The notes under the pieces: model-generated
Told to the model about the DNA's origin: nothing
Database searches by the model: none
What the model saw: only the letters and a program-made list of their open reading frames with translations
Shown here: positions 27,801 through 41,954 of the stretch, piece after piece
Position numbering within the stretch: position 1 is the stretch's first letter
Layout: each line of letters begins with the position of its first letter
NCBI GenBank assembly: GCA_003344405.1
Contig: NOWV01000323.1
Location: 1-48,677, forward strand
Direction of reading: 5' to 3'
Length of the DNA stretch: 48,677 nt
Source of the DNA: Trichoplax sp. H2
Lineage: Eukaryota
Position numbers and translations under genes: made by a program

Positions 27801-30800
27801 ACTAAAATTTCTTCATTCTTGTACCATGAAGTATGTCAAAACTAGCGTGAATAGCGACCCTGCCAAACTAGTAGAGCTACTAATAAGGTACCATTCCGCA
27901 CAATTTAAGCAATTCAATATGATTCTTTCCGTTATTGGTGGCGATATCGAATTCCAAGATGCAAGATCGATCGTTTTATTAAGTAAAATAGCTTCGTCTA
28001 TTCCTCCGCCCCATGTTGATGGATTAATTGTAGTGACTAGCGGATATTATTATGGTTATACGCAATATATTGCTACCAAAGTGAAAGAAAGAGCCAAGCC
28101 TTTGCTGGGAAGAAAGTATGTGCTGATTGGTATGCCGACATGGAAGGACATCCTTAATAACAAGTTACTACTAAAGACAGAATCTGATGTAGGATATAAA
28201 TTAAAATTCATGCAAGCACGTATGTTAGATAATTCATTAAAAGGAGCTAAAAAAACAGTAAAAAAATATTGATCACAGTATAAATTATCTTCATCCTAAA
28301 TTCTCGAATCTTTTGGCAGAAAGTGGTAATGTATGCCAACATAAAGTAAATCAAGGCAACAGATCTGATGCAGATTGTAGAATATTTGAATTAGTTTTAA
28401 TCTAATAGTTGAATTACTGGCTGTACTACCATGAATTTATATAGCAACTGAGCTCTATATAGCGGTACCATATGCAATTTATTTTTATTTTATTGCTTGA
28501 TGCAATTTGTTGCCAAATCTGATACAGAATGCAACAATGTATGGAAATATATGGATACGCATGATTTCTCTCGCTTCCTAGATTGTAGTTTTGATTCGGT
28601 AACTTGAAGTTTATTCTTTTTAGTTCTATTCATTTTCTCATACGTTGAATTAATGTTTGAAATATTTACAAAAAGTATCGGTATATCCTATCAATTATTA
28701 GCAATATTTTTACATTAAACACCATAGTCTTTTTTAAGCATTGATCGACAAAATATTTGGTAATACGCTAACTAATATTAGAACATTTATAGTTTCAATA
28801 TACATTTCTAGCGACCGTAGGTATTTTGGTATAGATAATTCAAGTATGAAATATTTGCTTTTACGTCATTAATAGAACATATTCAGGATTGATATTAAGT
28901 GGATATGAGCTTTTATTAAGTGCTTTAAATGAGATTATATAGCTAGAATTTAATAGATTACTTCTTATCATATTGTAGATCTCCGATAAGATAGAATTCA
29001 ATGTGGACAGATATAAGAACGAGTATGGTAACTCACCCATCATTGCCGGCGGAGTTTATGCTCTTGATCCAAGTCACGATTTCCAATTCTGTATTGATCA
29101 TAGTGGAAGCGATATTGATGTAGGGAATTCAGTTTCATTTCGAGCTAATTTTGAAAAGCATTTGGAAAGATCCTTTACTCATCGTGAGTATTACGAATCT
29201 GGAGATAATAATAATACTTGCTATCTACAGTAAATCAGGAGATAGAGTCAATATACATGAGATTTGTAAAGTTTGAAATACCAGCGGAAGAATCGTTTTT
29301 AGAAATTATAGTAATATGTATTAAATTCTTTATGATCATAAGATGCTATAATTGGCTTGTAAAGCAAAACCTAAAAATAACGAAATTATACTGAAACATT
29401 TTAATATCATAACAGGTGATAATGACGGAAATTCGTTATCGATAAATTTACCTATGGCTCATTTAGTGATTGGAGGTCGACATATTCAGCGAGAATTAAA
29501 ATTAATTTCTCAAATTGCCAAGGATCGAAGAAGCATTTTTGTTATATTTCAAGGCACAGGCGGGATTGCTGATCTACTAGCCAGAGCCAAAATTTTATAT
29601 GAGTAATTCTAATAGTGCACAAATTTATAATATTACATCAAAATACTGACTGGTAAATTTTATTTTAAAATTGTCTGAATGAATTTTGCCTCTAGTGCCG
29701 GTGATCGCGAGCTGAGTAGACTTCAGAATAAAGTCTATATCAATGAGGTTACAGTCTCCCTCTTGCTTCGATGTGTACAACAATTTAAAGATAGGCATGC
29801 TAGTGTAAGTCATTTATTTAACCTACAAACCCTACATAGCGTCGATTACAGATCCCTTAATTTAATAAGACAATAAAGATGATGACTAGGGAGTATAAAA
29901 GTATTTAAGATAAAATGTAGTTCTAAACAAGGCTTTGTTCGTTATAGTTTGCTTGTAGTAATATGATTATAATTTACCTGCTATGATGAAAGTATACGCT
30001 AATTTAGACTCCTGCCTTACAATAGGTGATGATTTGTGATACTGCATCGATGGAACAAGCTGGTAATGAAGCTATGGAATTCATATTAAGCCGTGAGTAA
30101 AGGAATGATTCCTCCGATTTAAAAAAAATTAATTATTCATTTTCGTGAATCTTAATCATTGACTCGGTAATAGAATTCATATTAAGCCGTAAGTAAGGGA
30201 GAACTCCATCAAATTAAAAAAATTATCAGTTTTCGTATAGTATTGACTCAGTAATGATGTAGTAAAGGTAACCTAGTCAATGCTGTAGTTATAGGATACA
30301 GTCTGTAAAAGCTTGATATTGTATGATAGTGTTTCAGCTACTAGATCGAGAAATAAACTTAATAATCAAATTTTTATTTTATTTTAGCAGTAAAAGTTAT
30401 TAATATTCTTTCTGATCATATTAATTTAGAGAAAAAAGATTGGCATCGACCGGAAGCAGGATTAAATAATTTTAGCACATCGCGAGAGCTTAAAAATGCT
30501 ATTTCTAAAGGCAATTTCGATGTGGTTTCTTCCATGATTGAAATTGGAATGATTACAATAGATAAAGCTATTTTTGAAACTTTCGATTTTTATAAGTCCG
30601 GCTATATCGATGCTATCCTAATTGAACAACTATTGACACGTTATCAAAAGCAAGTCAGTAAATTTATGTTGAGAGGTAAAGCTGTTGCTTTGCAAACCGA
30701 GGCCTGGATGGACTATATTGACGAAGGATTCAGGGAATGTTTTGAGGAAGTTTCCGGCGTCAGCATTCAAAAAGAGCTTAATATTACCTATTCTAGTATC

Positions 30801-33800
30801 TGTAAAGAAGAGCCATTCAAGCATATGTTTTTATGGTCATGTTTTCGCATGGATGAAAAATGCAGCTACGCTTTTATGTCTAAATTGCAATATCCTATCA
30901 TAGCCGCGTTTTTTGTGTATAGAGCATGGATCATTTATATCTATCGGAGGCAAAAGTGCTTGAATGGATCATCGAAACAATTAAGCACATGGAAAGAATA
31001 TGCAAGGTATAAATATAATACGATTAAGATAGAAAAAGAGTTGATATCATGATTATTAAAATGAACTGACTGAGCACGATTATGATAGAAAGCGTTGACA
31101 TAATCATTATTAAAGTGTACTGACCTTATATGATAACTTTGATGATATCAATATTTCTACACAAACCTTGGACAACTTGATAGAGCTTTCTTGAAGACAT
31201 CAATTGAAACTTTAGATATGTGCCAGAAACATTTGACCACAAACGAGATGCAAAGCCTACTAAATCAACCTTTAAAAGGATGGAATGGTCATTCCGTCAT
31301 GTCCATTTTATGCAAACCATGCATATTTCAAGTTCTGCCGCAAGTTGATGATCCTATAACTGATGTTGTTACGCATGAATGGTATAGCAATGCCCTCAAT
31401 CATTATTGGAGCTATGGCGTAAGATGCTAAACTTAGCTATGATAAAATCCATTTTCATTTCTAAATATCGTATAATAAGATAGTAGAATGATATTAATGT
31501 TGTTATTATTGCTTAAATTATGCATCCAACTAATGACTTAAATGCCATCTGATCAGCTCAATAGTAATTTAATATGAAATTAAATTGTTATCTACAGGAA
31601 AATTTTACATTGAAAGAATCAATGCTGCTTTTTAATGAGATCAGATGGATTTGCTAATTAGCATTGCAATGCTAAATTGCTAGATCATAGTTACAATCCA
31701 TCAATGTCAGTTTTCAATAGGATCTGTTCTATCTCTCGTCCAGCTTGCAATATACAAGTAATGTGCGACTGATAGATTAACGAAATAGTAGAGTAACAGC
31801 AGTGCAGATTAATGTCAAGTTATTCTATAGTAGTTAGTTCTCACATGACCTAGAACTGACCGGATAATTTAAATTGGCTATTTTCCTATACAGTAGTTGG
31901 ATACAAGCTTAGTATTTTGATGTTATTTGCTTATTTTCCATTATTGTCGATGTGGTACAATTTCTTATATATTAAACACTATACATTGCTAGTTAATTTT
32001 GTGTCAATTAGGTCGACCGTATAAAAAGAAATTCTACTGATAATATGATGGCTAGCTTTCATTTTCTATTTCGCAAGCAAACATTTTAATTAAGATGAAA
32101 TTGGTTTCTTATCTTTTCAACAATATCGTTAGATACCTATGCGAGTACTTTTACGTCCACATAAATTGAAAAAACCTGAAGGAATGTCGTCCTCTAGGTT
32201 TTATTTTAATTTAGCGAAACTCGTATTTAGTTCACCTCGAACGAAATTCCTTTTAAATTTTGTAAGTAATTTGAAGTACTTTACTCGTATATCAATTACT
32301 GATATTTTATAAATGATATGTCCTTATTAACAGTTATAATATCTTTTACCAAAGTAAATTGTCAAACAGTAGGCATCTTAATTTATCATATTACAGTTAA
32401 TGTAGCTTATTACTAGACATATACAAATAAGAAAGACTGATAGATATATAATTCTACTTCGAATTATGTGAACCATCTGCAGAGATCTAAATAATCAAGA
32501 CCGGAAGACTAACATCGATTTTATCTTTCTCTCCAGATATCCTACTTCATGTTCCTGATACTTTATAGCTATTTTATCATTGGAGATTTTCAAGGTCTTC
32601 AAAACAGCACTATCTTGACAAATAGCAGAAATACAGCAAGATGTGATCATGAACGGGAACTATGCACATCAGAAATAGTCCTACTAATATGGATAGCTCT
32701 CTTAACCGTAGAAGAATTTCGTCAGGTAAAGAGCATCAGAGTACTGTAAATCATATTAAAAAATTTCGAAATTGGGATGCTACTATTGTATTGTATATAT
32801 ACTTATGTTTGTACCTAATCAAAACTTAATTTATTCATAAACTGAGTTGATTATTCTGATATTCTGTTGTAATATTATCCTTATATTGTGGTAAAGAGGG
32901 TAAATACACGAGTATTATTTTTTATGGATAGGTATTATAATTTTAGCTGCTATATAAACGTTTGCATCTATTAAATTATACTAGGTGCAAAATTTACCTG
33001 TTGAAAGATACAAAGAGAAGTTTATGAAATGGAAATCAGACATTTGGAATTTGTTGGATGTTACAGGACTGATGTTATTCTTCTTAGCTTTCATTGTACA
33101 TGCGGCTGGGATTAGGCAAAGTAATCCCGGCTTAGTTGGTGTAGCTAGAGTGTTTTATTGCATCGATTTCCTAGTTCTGTGTCCTCGTAGTTTGCAGGTT
33201 TTGTCTATTATTCCTAGTCAGGGGCCGAAATTGATCATGATTTATAAATTGGTTAGTAAGATTAATGAATAATATTTAGTCTTTCAGATGAAACTAAAAA
33301 AGCCCACGTAATGTTTACTTATTTGGTGTATTTCAAGTGGTTATTCTTACTATTGCTTTACTCTCTTTTATCACCTTAGTTAGCAGATATGGTTTCTTTC
33401 TTATTCATATTATTTGTCATCTTGGTTGCATTTGGTGTTAGTATTCAAGCTTTACGACAACCGCAATATTTGCCCCAGAATATTTCTTCCGATACTTATA
33501 TTCGAGATATCTTTTATATCCCGTTTTATAATTTGGCTGGGGAGATAAACCAAGCTCAAGGAGGTAAAATATCTTTCCATGAATGATGGATTTTGCTTTG
33601 AAAGATATGAATTTAAATTTAACTTGTTTATATTGCTCTACACATGCTATCAAAAGTTTTTTCATTTTAATTTAGGATAGATGTACAGTGCATTAGTATA
33701 GAATAGATTACGTTAATTTATGAGTGAGAACAATGATGGATAATATATAAGAAAATAAGAAATTAGGATTATGATTAGACTAATAGTTGGTATAGGAACA

Positions 33801-36391
33801 ACTTACATTTGCGAGCAAGTTATACCTCTCAATTATTGATACATTAGCAGCATTACCTTAGAATTCTTTATTAAAATGATTTCAAGTGTCTGTTGTAATG
33901 TGCTAAAATTTGGTAATTATCAACTAAGAAGATTACTTTTTAGTTCTATTATTTTCATGTATCGAACTAAAAATAGAATAAATTCGTCAAGGATAAACCA
34001 TATCTACACTCTAGCAAATGCAACAAACTCCTTTAACATCTTCACCTATGTTATCAGCTACTATGAGTCGTAAAACTATAATATTAAAGATTCATTGAAT
34101 AAAAGAGTATCTAAATGAAATTAGTTATTGGTAAATTCGCTGTACATTTGCGAATAATATTTATCGTAACTTTAATAAATAAACAACAAGACTGAATTGA
34201 TGTAGGTAAAAGTCTTTGGACTTTTATACACTTTATATTTATTTGAATTGTTTTATTTGTACCATAAAAATGAGTATAATCAAAGTTAAGAGTTTGCTGA
34301 TGATGTAAGCTAATTTTGATATAATGTAAAGATCACAAATGTAGTCCTAACAAAATTTTGTTATTCTATTGAAATAGTGCAGTAAAAATCTCTTGATTTT
34401 TGCACACTTTAAGTTATTTGAATTGATTTATTTGTACCATGAAAATTTATATAATCAAAGTTAAAAAATTGATTAGTGATGTAAGCTAATTTAATAGTTT
34501 TTCTGCTGACTTGATTGCAGCCCTACATTGTAACGATTGTAAATGTGCTCTTATTATGTTATTAAAATTTACTACGAAGGTTCAGTAAAAATATCTAATA
34601 TCTCAAGGATAATTTCTTTAAAATAGAAATTTGTTTTATATTGCTCAGGCATTAACAGCATTTGAATTGGCTAAATATAAATATTAAGGTTATTATTGTG
34701 TTAATTTCGCATTATTAGACTGGTCATGCAACAATGTTGTTGGTTCTTATAAAGAGGATTGCTACATAAGGAGAACTTTAGTTAACATTCTAATGGTAAT
34801 TTACGCCTTAACGACCGTAATCCTCCTTCTCAATCTACTAATTGCCATCTTGAGGTATTATGCGCATATTATTTATAATAAATTTGAAGTGAAGTGTGCA
34901 GCTTACTCTTCCATTTAAATAAGATTATTCTTAAGAAGAAAAGTTGGCGTAACCATCATCATTATTTCATTATTTTATAGTAAGAGTTATGATGTTATGG
35001 ATGAAGAAGGTGTTTATCTGTGGAGAAAGCAATATAATGATATTGTGGCCGAGTATTTGACTAAACCTATCCTTGTGCCACCATTAAATATATTTTGGAT
35101 TATCTATCAGCTTTTTCGATTATTTTTTTGCTTAATGCGTGGCCACAAGTGGGCTCAATCCATCGATATATCTTCTATATCAAAAGAGCTAGGATGCGGA
35201 GTTGGTAGGTAGAGCTTAATTAATTAGTAATAAAGGAATATTCGATTCAATTATGACTATTGTAGGCTTGTAAATTTAGTCATTTGCTAATAAACATGAG
35301 CTATTCGGTTCATTTGATTCTATAATGATATAGATATATCGATGTAACGCTTGATTGGCTATAATTTAGTGTTCTCTTCTTAATTTAGAATTGCAATGGG
35401 ATGATGTATCTACGGAACGCCGCCCTCAAATTGCCCGTTACTTAATGACTGTGATGAAGAAATCACTTACTGAGTATGATATATGGGATTGATTTATATG
35501 AACTGCATTGAATTATTGTGAAATTGTAATGGTTTAGGACTTCAAATTCTCTTGCCGTGAAATAAGGAGTATAATCAAGATATAGTAGTTACTATACTCA
35601 TATTATGGCAAATTTGCAGTTCATACACGCTGTAAAAAATTAACTGTCATAGAAAATAGTCCATATTGAAACTATAGCAGCAGATGACGAGACGTAATAT
35701 TGATTAGAACTAGCGTATTAAATTGTTGCTATCTCAATTACAATAGCTTAGAGAATTAGTCTAGATGTAAACAGTAAGTAGTCATTCACTAGCTTTGATT
35801 ACACTTCTAATCAACATTTCATACATCAAGCAATAGTGTCGAATGCATAGCTTGCGCAGAAATGATTAGGATATGCAAATTACCTACCAGAATAGAGCTC
35901 AGCTAATTATTTTTTTAGCCGCGAGAATTAATTTAGTTAGGCAAATGCTAACACATTGTAGATAAAAGAAATGATGGTGGACTTATTTTACTTTTATATC
36001 TCAATATAGTCTTGATTTATCAGAGCGGATGGAATTACTGCAGCAGACGCTAGAAAATTTTCGAAATAATGCTGATGATAAATTGATGACAACCTTGAAA
36101 GAGATGGATGTTACCCGTTTAAGAATTAATGATCAGATGCTGGCAGTTGAGAGTTCTATTATTAATGAGGTGGATAAGAGAAGCATAGATACCAATCGGT
36201 TACTTAATCAATTAGTTTATCATGGGGAAAATGCTAGGCAAAGAAGGCACCCATCATACGATTTTGAGGGGATTAAAGATGGTCCAAGCGCAAGGATAGA
36301 ATATGAGTATCCCGATGAAAACAATGATGAAGTATGGTCTATGATTGATATAGCTAAGCAAAGCAAAGCTAAAAGGCTTGCTTCAAGCTAG
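24838..36391 (+). CDS. TRPM (melastatin)-like cation channel, copy B (~1176 aa, 18 exons), tandem paralog of copy A
   Basis: Exons: 24838-24876, 26575-26654, 27572-27650, 27832-28188, 28979-29183, 29416-29602, 29696-29804, 30026-30092, 30430-31006, 31184-31418, 32133-32261, 32537-32725, 32985-33251, 33380-33563, 34719-34854, 34981-35204, 35389-35473, 36010-36391. Intron phases match copy A and many exon lengths are identical. Motifs: TDAFGHI, LDPSHDFQFCID, VEEFRQ, DIWNLLD, LLLNLLIAIL, WRKQY. Confidence 0.9.
30077..30255. repeat. ~96-bp tandem duplication spanning the exon 8 donor of TRPM copy B
   Basis: GAATTCATATTAAGCCGTRAGTAA occurs at 30077 and 30173, each followed by similar TTAAAAAAA...TTTTCGT...ATTGACTCRGTAAT. 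Confidence 0.85.
34206..34492. repeat. Degenerate ~110-bp direct repeat (2 copies) in a TRPM copy B intron
   Basis: ACACTTTA..TTATTTGAATTG.TTTATTTGTACCAT.AAAAT..TATAATCAAAGTTAA...GATGTAAGCTAATTT near 34206-34315 and 34382-34492. Confidence 0.8.
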
Positions 36392-37696
36392 ATACTCTTT
36401 TCTGTTTGGCTTTAATCTATGGAGATAGATATATTTGCACATTTTACATCTAAAATATTAATTATTAATATGCTACTTATAAATCACAATACAGAATCAA
36501 ATGTATGATGATAATCTCAATCTACTAAAAAATTTATAATGGAGTAGCCAACATAACATACATCATCTATGCGGGGATTATCTGTATGTTATACGTTTTA
36601 TAAGTATCTATAAAATATCTGATATGCATAAATGATCAATTTAATAAGTGTTATGTTTCTACTTTTAAATATTTAAATGTTATGCTGCTTCAAGTAATTA
36701 GCGAACGCAATAACAGATTTTGTTCCACTCTTTGCCAATTGCAAATAAATACAGCTTTAATCTAAGAGATAATTATAAATTTTCTCTAGATGTTTTCTTA
36801 GTATTATTTTTTATCTAATGTTACTTGCTGCGGCGTTCTATTCTGGTCAGATAGATTATTTGGTGGTAAGTTATAGATGAGATAGTTATAAGAAATCTAT
36901 TGCAGATATGACGATTGAAGGCTTTAGTTTACGCTTATATATTAGTGAAAACACTATACGGTAGAAGTTAAATTTACTGACAATTTAAGTGAAGTGGTAT
37001 TTTATTATAGAATGATCATTTGGCTCTAATCCCAACAGCTACAGTATGCTAGTGATCCTGAATATGTTAAAGTATTCAGATGGATATTAACCGGAACAAC
37101 CTGATATTAGCTGTGAAGTATAATCCCAAATTGATGTCTACATATAGTATTTTAATATGTTATCATAGTTTCATTATAAAAATTGATTACCTTGCTCAGT
37201 GATACTTTCATGTTTGAAGGATTTTTGGTCTGCTGTATACAATTTAATATATTTAATTTTAGAACTATAAAATTATGATTTCTTTTTACGCCAGAAAATT
37301 CGTCTATCATACAATATTGGTACAATTATTGATCTTAAAAGAGAATAAGGTTATTAAAATACTCGTAAGGTAAAGTATATCATCGTAAAGAATTATTATC
37401 TTGATTTAATGCGAACAAATTTGGCACGCACGGACATATGGTGTTTCGCATAATTTCTTATTCATGCAGAAAGTCGTCATCAAAAGTATTATATAAAATT
37501 ACAGAATTTGTGATACTATCGTCGATCTCCTAGAATCAATGGAAGCCGTTAAGATACCCGAATATTTTTATTAGCAGTAAAAGTAGATCTACGTTTAGAG
37601 ATAGGCAAATTTGACCCAAGCTGGATATAGGGTGAAAGAATGATAAAATAGATATTTATTATATTCGAATATCAGCTATCTTGACAGAAGAAAATT

Positions 37697-40600
37697 TTAT
37701 AGCTCATCACGAATCATACCAACAGTTTGTTGATGGAGTACAGTCGCATGTTTCTCGATAAATTCTGATAAACCTAGAACAGTTTTAGGCCCTTTATATT
37801 TAATAACATCTAATTTATCAGATTTGGGGTAAAAGTAGACTACAGGCACTACATTAACATCCAACTTTAAGACAATATCATTAGCAGTAGCATCTATTTT
37901 GGCGATCATTAAATCATCGTATTTTCGATACTTTCGTGCAAAATCTTCGTAGGTTTTGCTGAATTTTTTACAATGATTGCACCATGGTGCATACAGATAG
38001 ATCATGACATCTTTGTCAGGATCATTGACTAATTTTTCCAATGTGCGACCTACAGCAGTGTAAACTATACCATCATTATTACGAGGTATAAGCTGTGATT
38101 TAACTAATTTTTTCAATCTTTTACGTAAGAAATCGTCTAGAAATTGGCGCAACCGATCCACCGCGAATTCTCCCTCCATCTTGTACATGCCATCGCGAGC
38201 TCGAATGGCTACATTAACATCTTCACCGGATTCTTCTAGTTGGAACCACTTGATTTTATTTGTATGTTCTTCTTCGTTAGCCAGAACAAACGTCAAGCCT
38301 TTTTTAGAATACTGATTGGCAACAGGCAATAGTTTATTTCTCCAAAATTGTACATCTAACAGTGTTAATAGATAAGAAAAGTATAAACCATTAGTCATTT
38401 CTTGGAATAAAAGTATGCAACAGCTTTATTATTTTGGTCAAAATTGTTCGCCTCGAATTATATGCTAGCTGTTCATTCCTTCTTGAAATATTATGCTGTC
38501 CGTGCATCTTGACTTTTATAAAATTGTACATCAAGTGTTATGGCGTAATATACAGTTGAGCTATTGATACCGGGATCAAATGAAGGTGATTTACTTGCTT
38601 AATCTCAAACACAAGGATTCAATTTACTACAATACTGTTAAGTTACTAATTGGATAAAACTAGATATAATCAATTTATGGGGGATAAGATTAATTTTAAA
38701 CGCAATAATTCATTGTACTGTACTTATGCATGATCAATTGCTAGTTGGATAAACTAGATGTGAATAATTTATGGAAGATAAACTTAATTTTAAAACTCAA
38801 TAATTCATTTTATTATAGCAATGAATGAATGATCAGTTGCTAGTTGAACAAAGTTAGATATGAACACATTATGATGTAACATCTAGCTTAGTCGATTTGG
38901 ATTGATACTATTTAAAATCAAGATTACCTTCAGGATAGCTCCAATCTAAAGTTAAGAAGATAATGACTAGCGGTAGGCGATTAGAGTAAGAAATTGTTTC
39001 TGTTTTGGTGCGTAATTCACCCAATAATGGCGCACTATTACGGATCACCCATTTTTTAATATCTTTCCCATCAGGTTGGTCCAATTTATTTTCATAAGTA
39101 ACGACTGATTTCTCGAATTGGGAAGTCAATCTTTTATCGTGATAAATCACGACCCGACTTTTGGAAATCTGTTTAATTACATCAGTTGGAGAAAATTATC
39201 CATGAAGTCAGTCAAGGATAAATCAAAATGAATAATAGAAGCGATCGTTAATTCTAATTTCAGCTTACAGATTGTTCTTGAAGGACTTTTTGATTGGTAG
39301 TGTAAAACATTTGAAAGTGATGGCGTAATGCATCGTTGCCAGCATCGATGAAAGCTTGCAATAATGGGTCGTGATCATCTTGAAAATATCCTACAACGAG
39401 AATATCCTTTCGATCCTCGATTAATTGCTTCATTTCTTTAGTAGTATTAATTTGTTTAGCGGGTAGACCTAGTTGTTCTTTCATGTAAGCTACGATAGCA
39501 TATTCATCTTTCGATTCAAGGTAATCATAGGTACTACGTCCATAGCGAAATATTTTGAGGGTAGGTACATCTTCAATCTGATAATCAGAAGCTAGCGATG
39601 TTTCCTGATCCACGTCTACTTGAGCTAAAGGGATAGAAGGTACATGCGAGGATAATCGTTCTGCTGCTTTCTTATAGTGCATTCGCATTTTTTTACATTC
39701 CATGTTATTTGTACTGCAAAATTGGACCATCATTAATGGCTTGCTATTGACAAAGTCGGTGAAATTATCAGACGATAAAGTTGCAACAAGGCTGGGTTGA
39801 GGATCCTGATCAGAATCTCGAAATTGTAGCAATTGACGAATTATACCAGCAACCGAACGACCTTTATCAAAATCATAGGCTACTCCATTTTTGAACACTT
39901 TCATGGATGGATAACCAACGATATCATAACGTTTGGTTATATCTTTGTATTGATCACCGTCAAGACTGCCAAATGGAATGGGATTATCCTGGACAAGAAA
40001 TGTTTTTGCGGCTTCTTCATAATCCGGGAAAAACTTGCTACAATGATCGCACCTAAATATTGATTATTCCATCAGTTACATGGGTATCCTATCGGATAGC
40101 TCTATAATTTGATGATGATATCCAAACTGGATTTAATCATGATGGAAAAATGAAGTTAGGAGCACTTTCTCTTCATTGATCCAACATGATTGAAAGTAAG
40201 GACTAATTAAAGGATATGGATTTATCTATCCATTATTGCTATAGTATCAGGTGTCTTGTTGATATTGAAATTCCGCTTGATTTAGGATTACCCTAGTAGT
40301 ATATACTTTGCATTTGCCATTTTAAAATCGGTTTACAAATAGTATTACAGAGACTGTTCAAGAAATAATGCTACCTGAAACTCAATTTTATAAAAATTGT
40401 TACTCTTACTATTAATCCAGGGATTCTAAAGTACTCGTAAGAGTAGGAATTTTACTAAGCGGAATTTAAAGTAACCTATTCTCTTGAGTAGTTCCTGGTA
40501 ACTGTATTAGGGATAACTTGCAATGCAATCTGTTTACTATTGCGAGTTTAATACGATTCTAGTTATAAACTGCAGTTAACGTTGGATTTACCATAGGACA

Positions 40601-41620
40601 TTTAAATAGCAGGTTACAGTCAGGATAATATCGAGATGTGTGTAAAGGCAAGGTAACAATGAGAGATTAATAAAGGCTATAGCTGATAGAAGGGATGCAA
40701 GAGTAAGAATAATGATACGGAAATAGGCATAATGAAGGAATAGAGAACCATTACGAAATATTGTGAGCCAAAATGCGTGAAAGAGCGAGGGTCAAAACGA
40801 GAGGTTGGAAAATGATTGGCAGGATATTACCGTATGCAACTCAAGGAGATGTAAACAGGAACGAAGGTAAGAATGAGAAGTTGGAAATTGATTAACGAAA
40901 ATTCTGCAACTGCCCAAGATATTTGAAAGAGCAAGCACAGCAACGAATGATTAGAAACTACTCTAAACTCGTCACGATGTAGAAGTAGCCAGCTTGCAGT
41001 TGCAGTAAGAGGTTAAGAAATGATTAAAAATACTCAACTCAGCAGGGTTGGTGAAGGAATAGATTAAAGCCAAGATCATGATAGCAAGAGAATGAAAAAG
41101 AAGGTATAAATATTCAACTCACCAAAGTAAATCAAAAATGGCTAACTACTATCATGAAGATGGCATGGAGAGAGAGTTTAGAGCGATTGATGATTTACTC
41201 AATTACCATGATACATGAAATGGGTAGCTTACATTCAAGTAATGGCGATGCGGGGTAGAAAACGATTGACAAAGACTCAACTAGCTATTAGAAAGGGTAG
41301 ATTATAGTGCAGAAATTGTAGTAGTCATAAGAAGGTAGAAAGTAATTAACAAAATATTTAACTCACCATGGTGCATGAAAGAGCACAATGCAAAGCGGAT
41401 TATCGGTAACAAATTGGGCGATACTTTCGTTAGTTAGTTCAATGATAGCATTTTCAATCTCTTTATATTTTTTTAACTTCTCGTCGCCATCGGTGGTAGA
41501 ATTAGATTGACTTTCATCTTTGGTACTCTCCTGATCGGATTGATTGTCTTCCACAGCAAAATTGAAGTTAATTTGACTAATTATAACTGCAATGATCAAT
41601 AACCCTATGAACTGCTTCAT
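37697..41620 (-). CDS. PDIA4: Protein disulfide isomerase A4 (ERp72)-like (~645 aa, 4 exons)
   Basis: Exons (minus): 41620-41367, 40052-39269, 39168-38928, 38355-37697. The product has a signal peptide, an acidic linker and an a0-a-b-b'-a' thioredoxin layout (FHAPWCDHC; FCSTNNMEC; LYAPWCNHC). It also has the ERp72-like FWRNK and GEDVNVAI motifs, IAKIDATAND, and C-terminal RDEL. Confidence 0.88.
38650..38862. repeat. Degenerate ~96-99 bp tandem repeat (~2.2 copies) in PDIA4 intron 3
   Basis: TTGGATAAA(A)CTAGAT...AATTTATGG..GATAA..TTAATTTTAAAAC.CAATAATTCATT...ATGATCARTTGCTAGTTG is repeated. Confidence 0.8.
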
Positions 41621-41935
41621 ATCTCGATGAGGAAGAAATTAAATTAGGAGAAAATTAACAACACTAAGCCAAGAAAATGGCAATCGCTACTGTAGTTAGG
41701 AAGGAGATCTTGGCAGTACTTTTAACTCACTGCCAGCAGCTACTTTAAGCGACAATTTTTTTTCTTACTTTATTCAATCTTGAAATGATTACGTTGACAA
41801 GGTAAGCTACTACCAGTGTATTGTGCTATAGCCTTTCAAGCTACCGGTAGAGCAATGGATTCCTTGTTGAAATTTATAAAGTCAATGACTTAAACAAATA
41901 AACTATTGATCATGGTAGAAATTATATCTCCTTAA

Positions 41936-41954
41936 CCAATAACCAATTGCCTCG
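41936..41954 (+). promoter_or_regulatory. ERSE-like element (one mismatch) upstream of PDIA4
   Basis: CCAAT-AACCAATTG-CCTCG versus the consensus CCAAT-N9-CCACG, ~320 bp upstream of the ATG. Confidence 0.3.
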
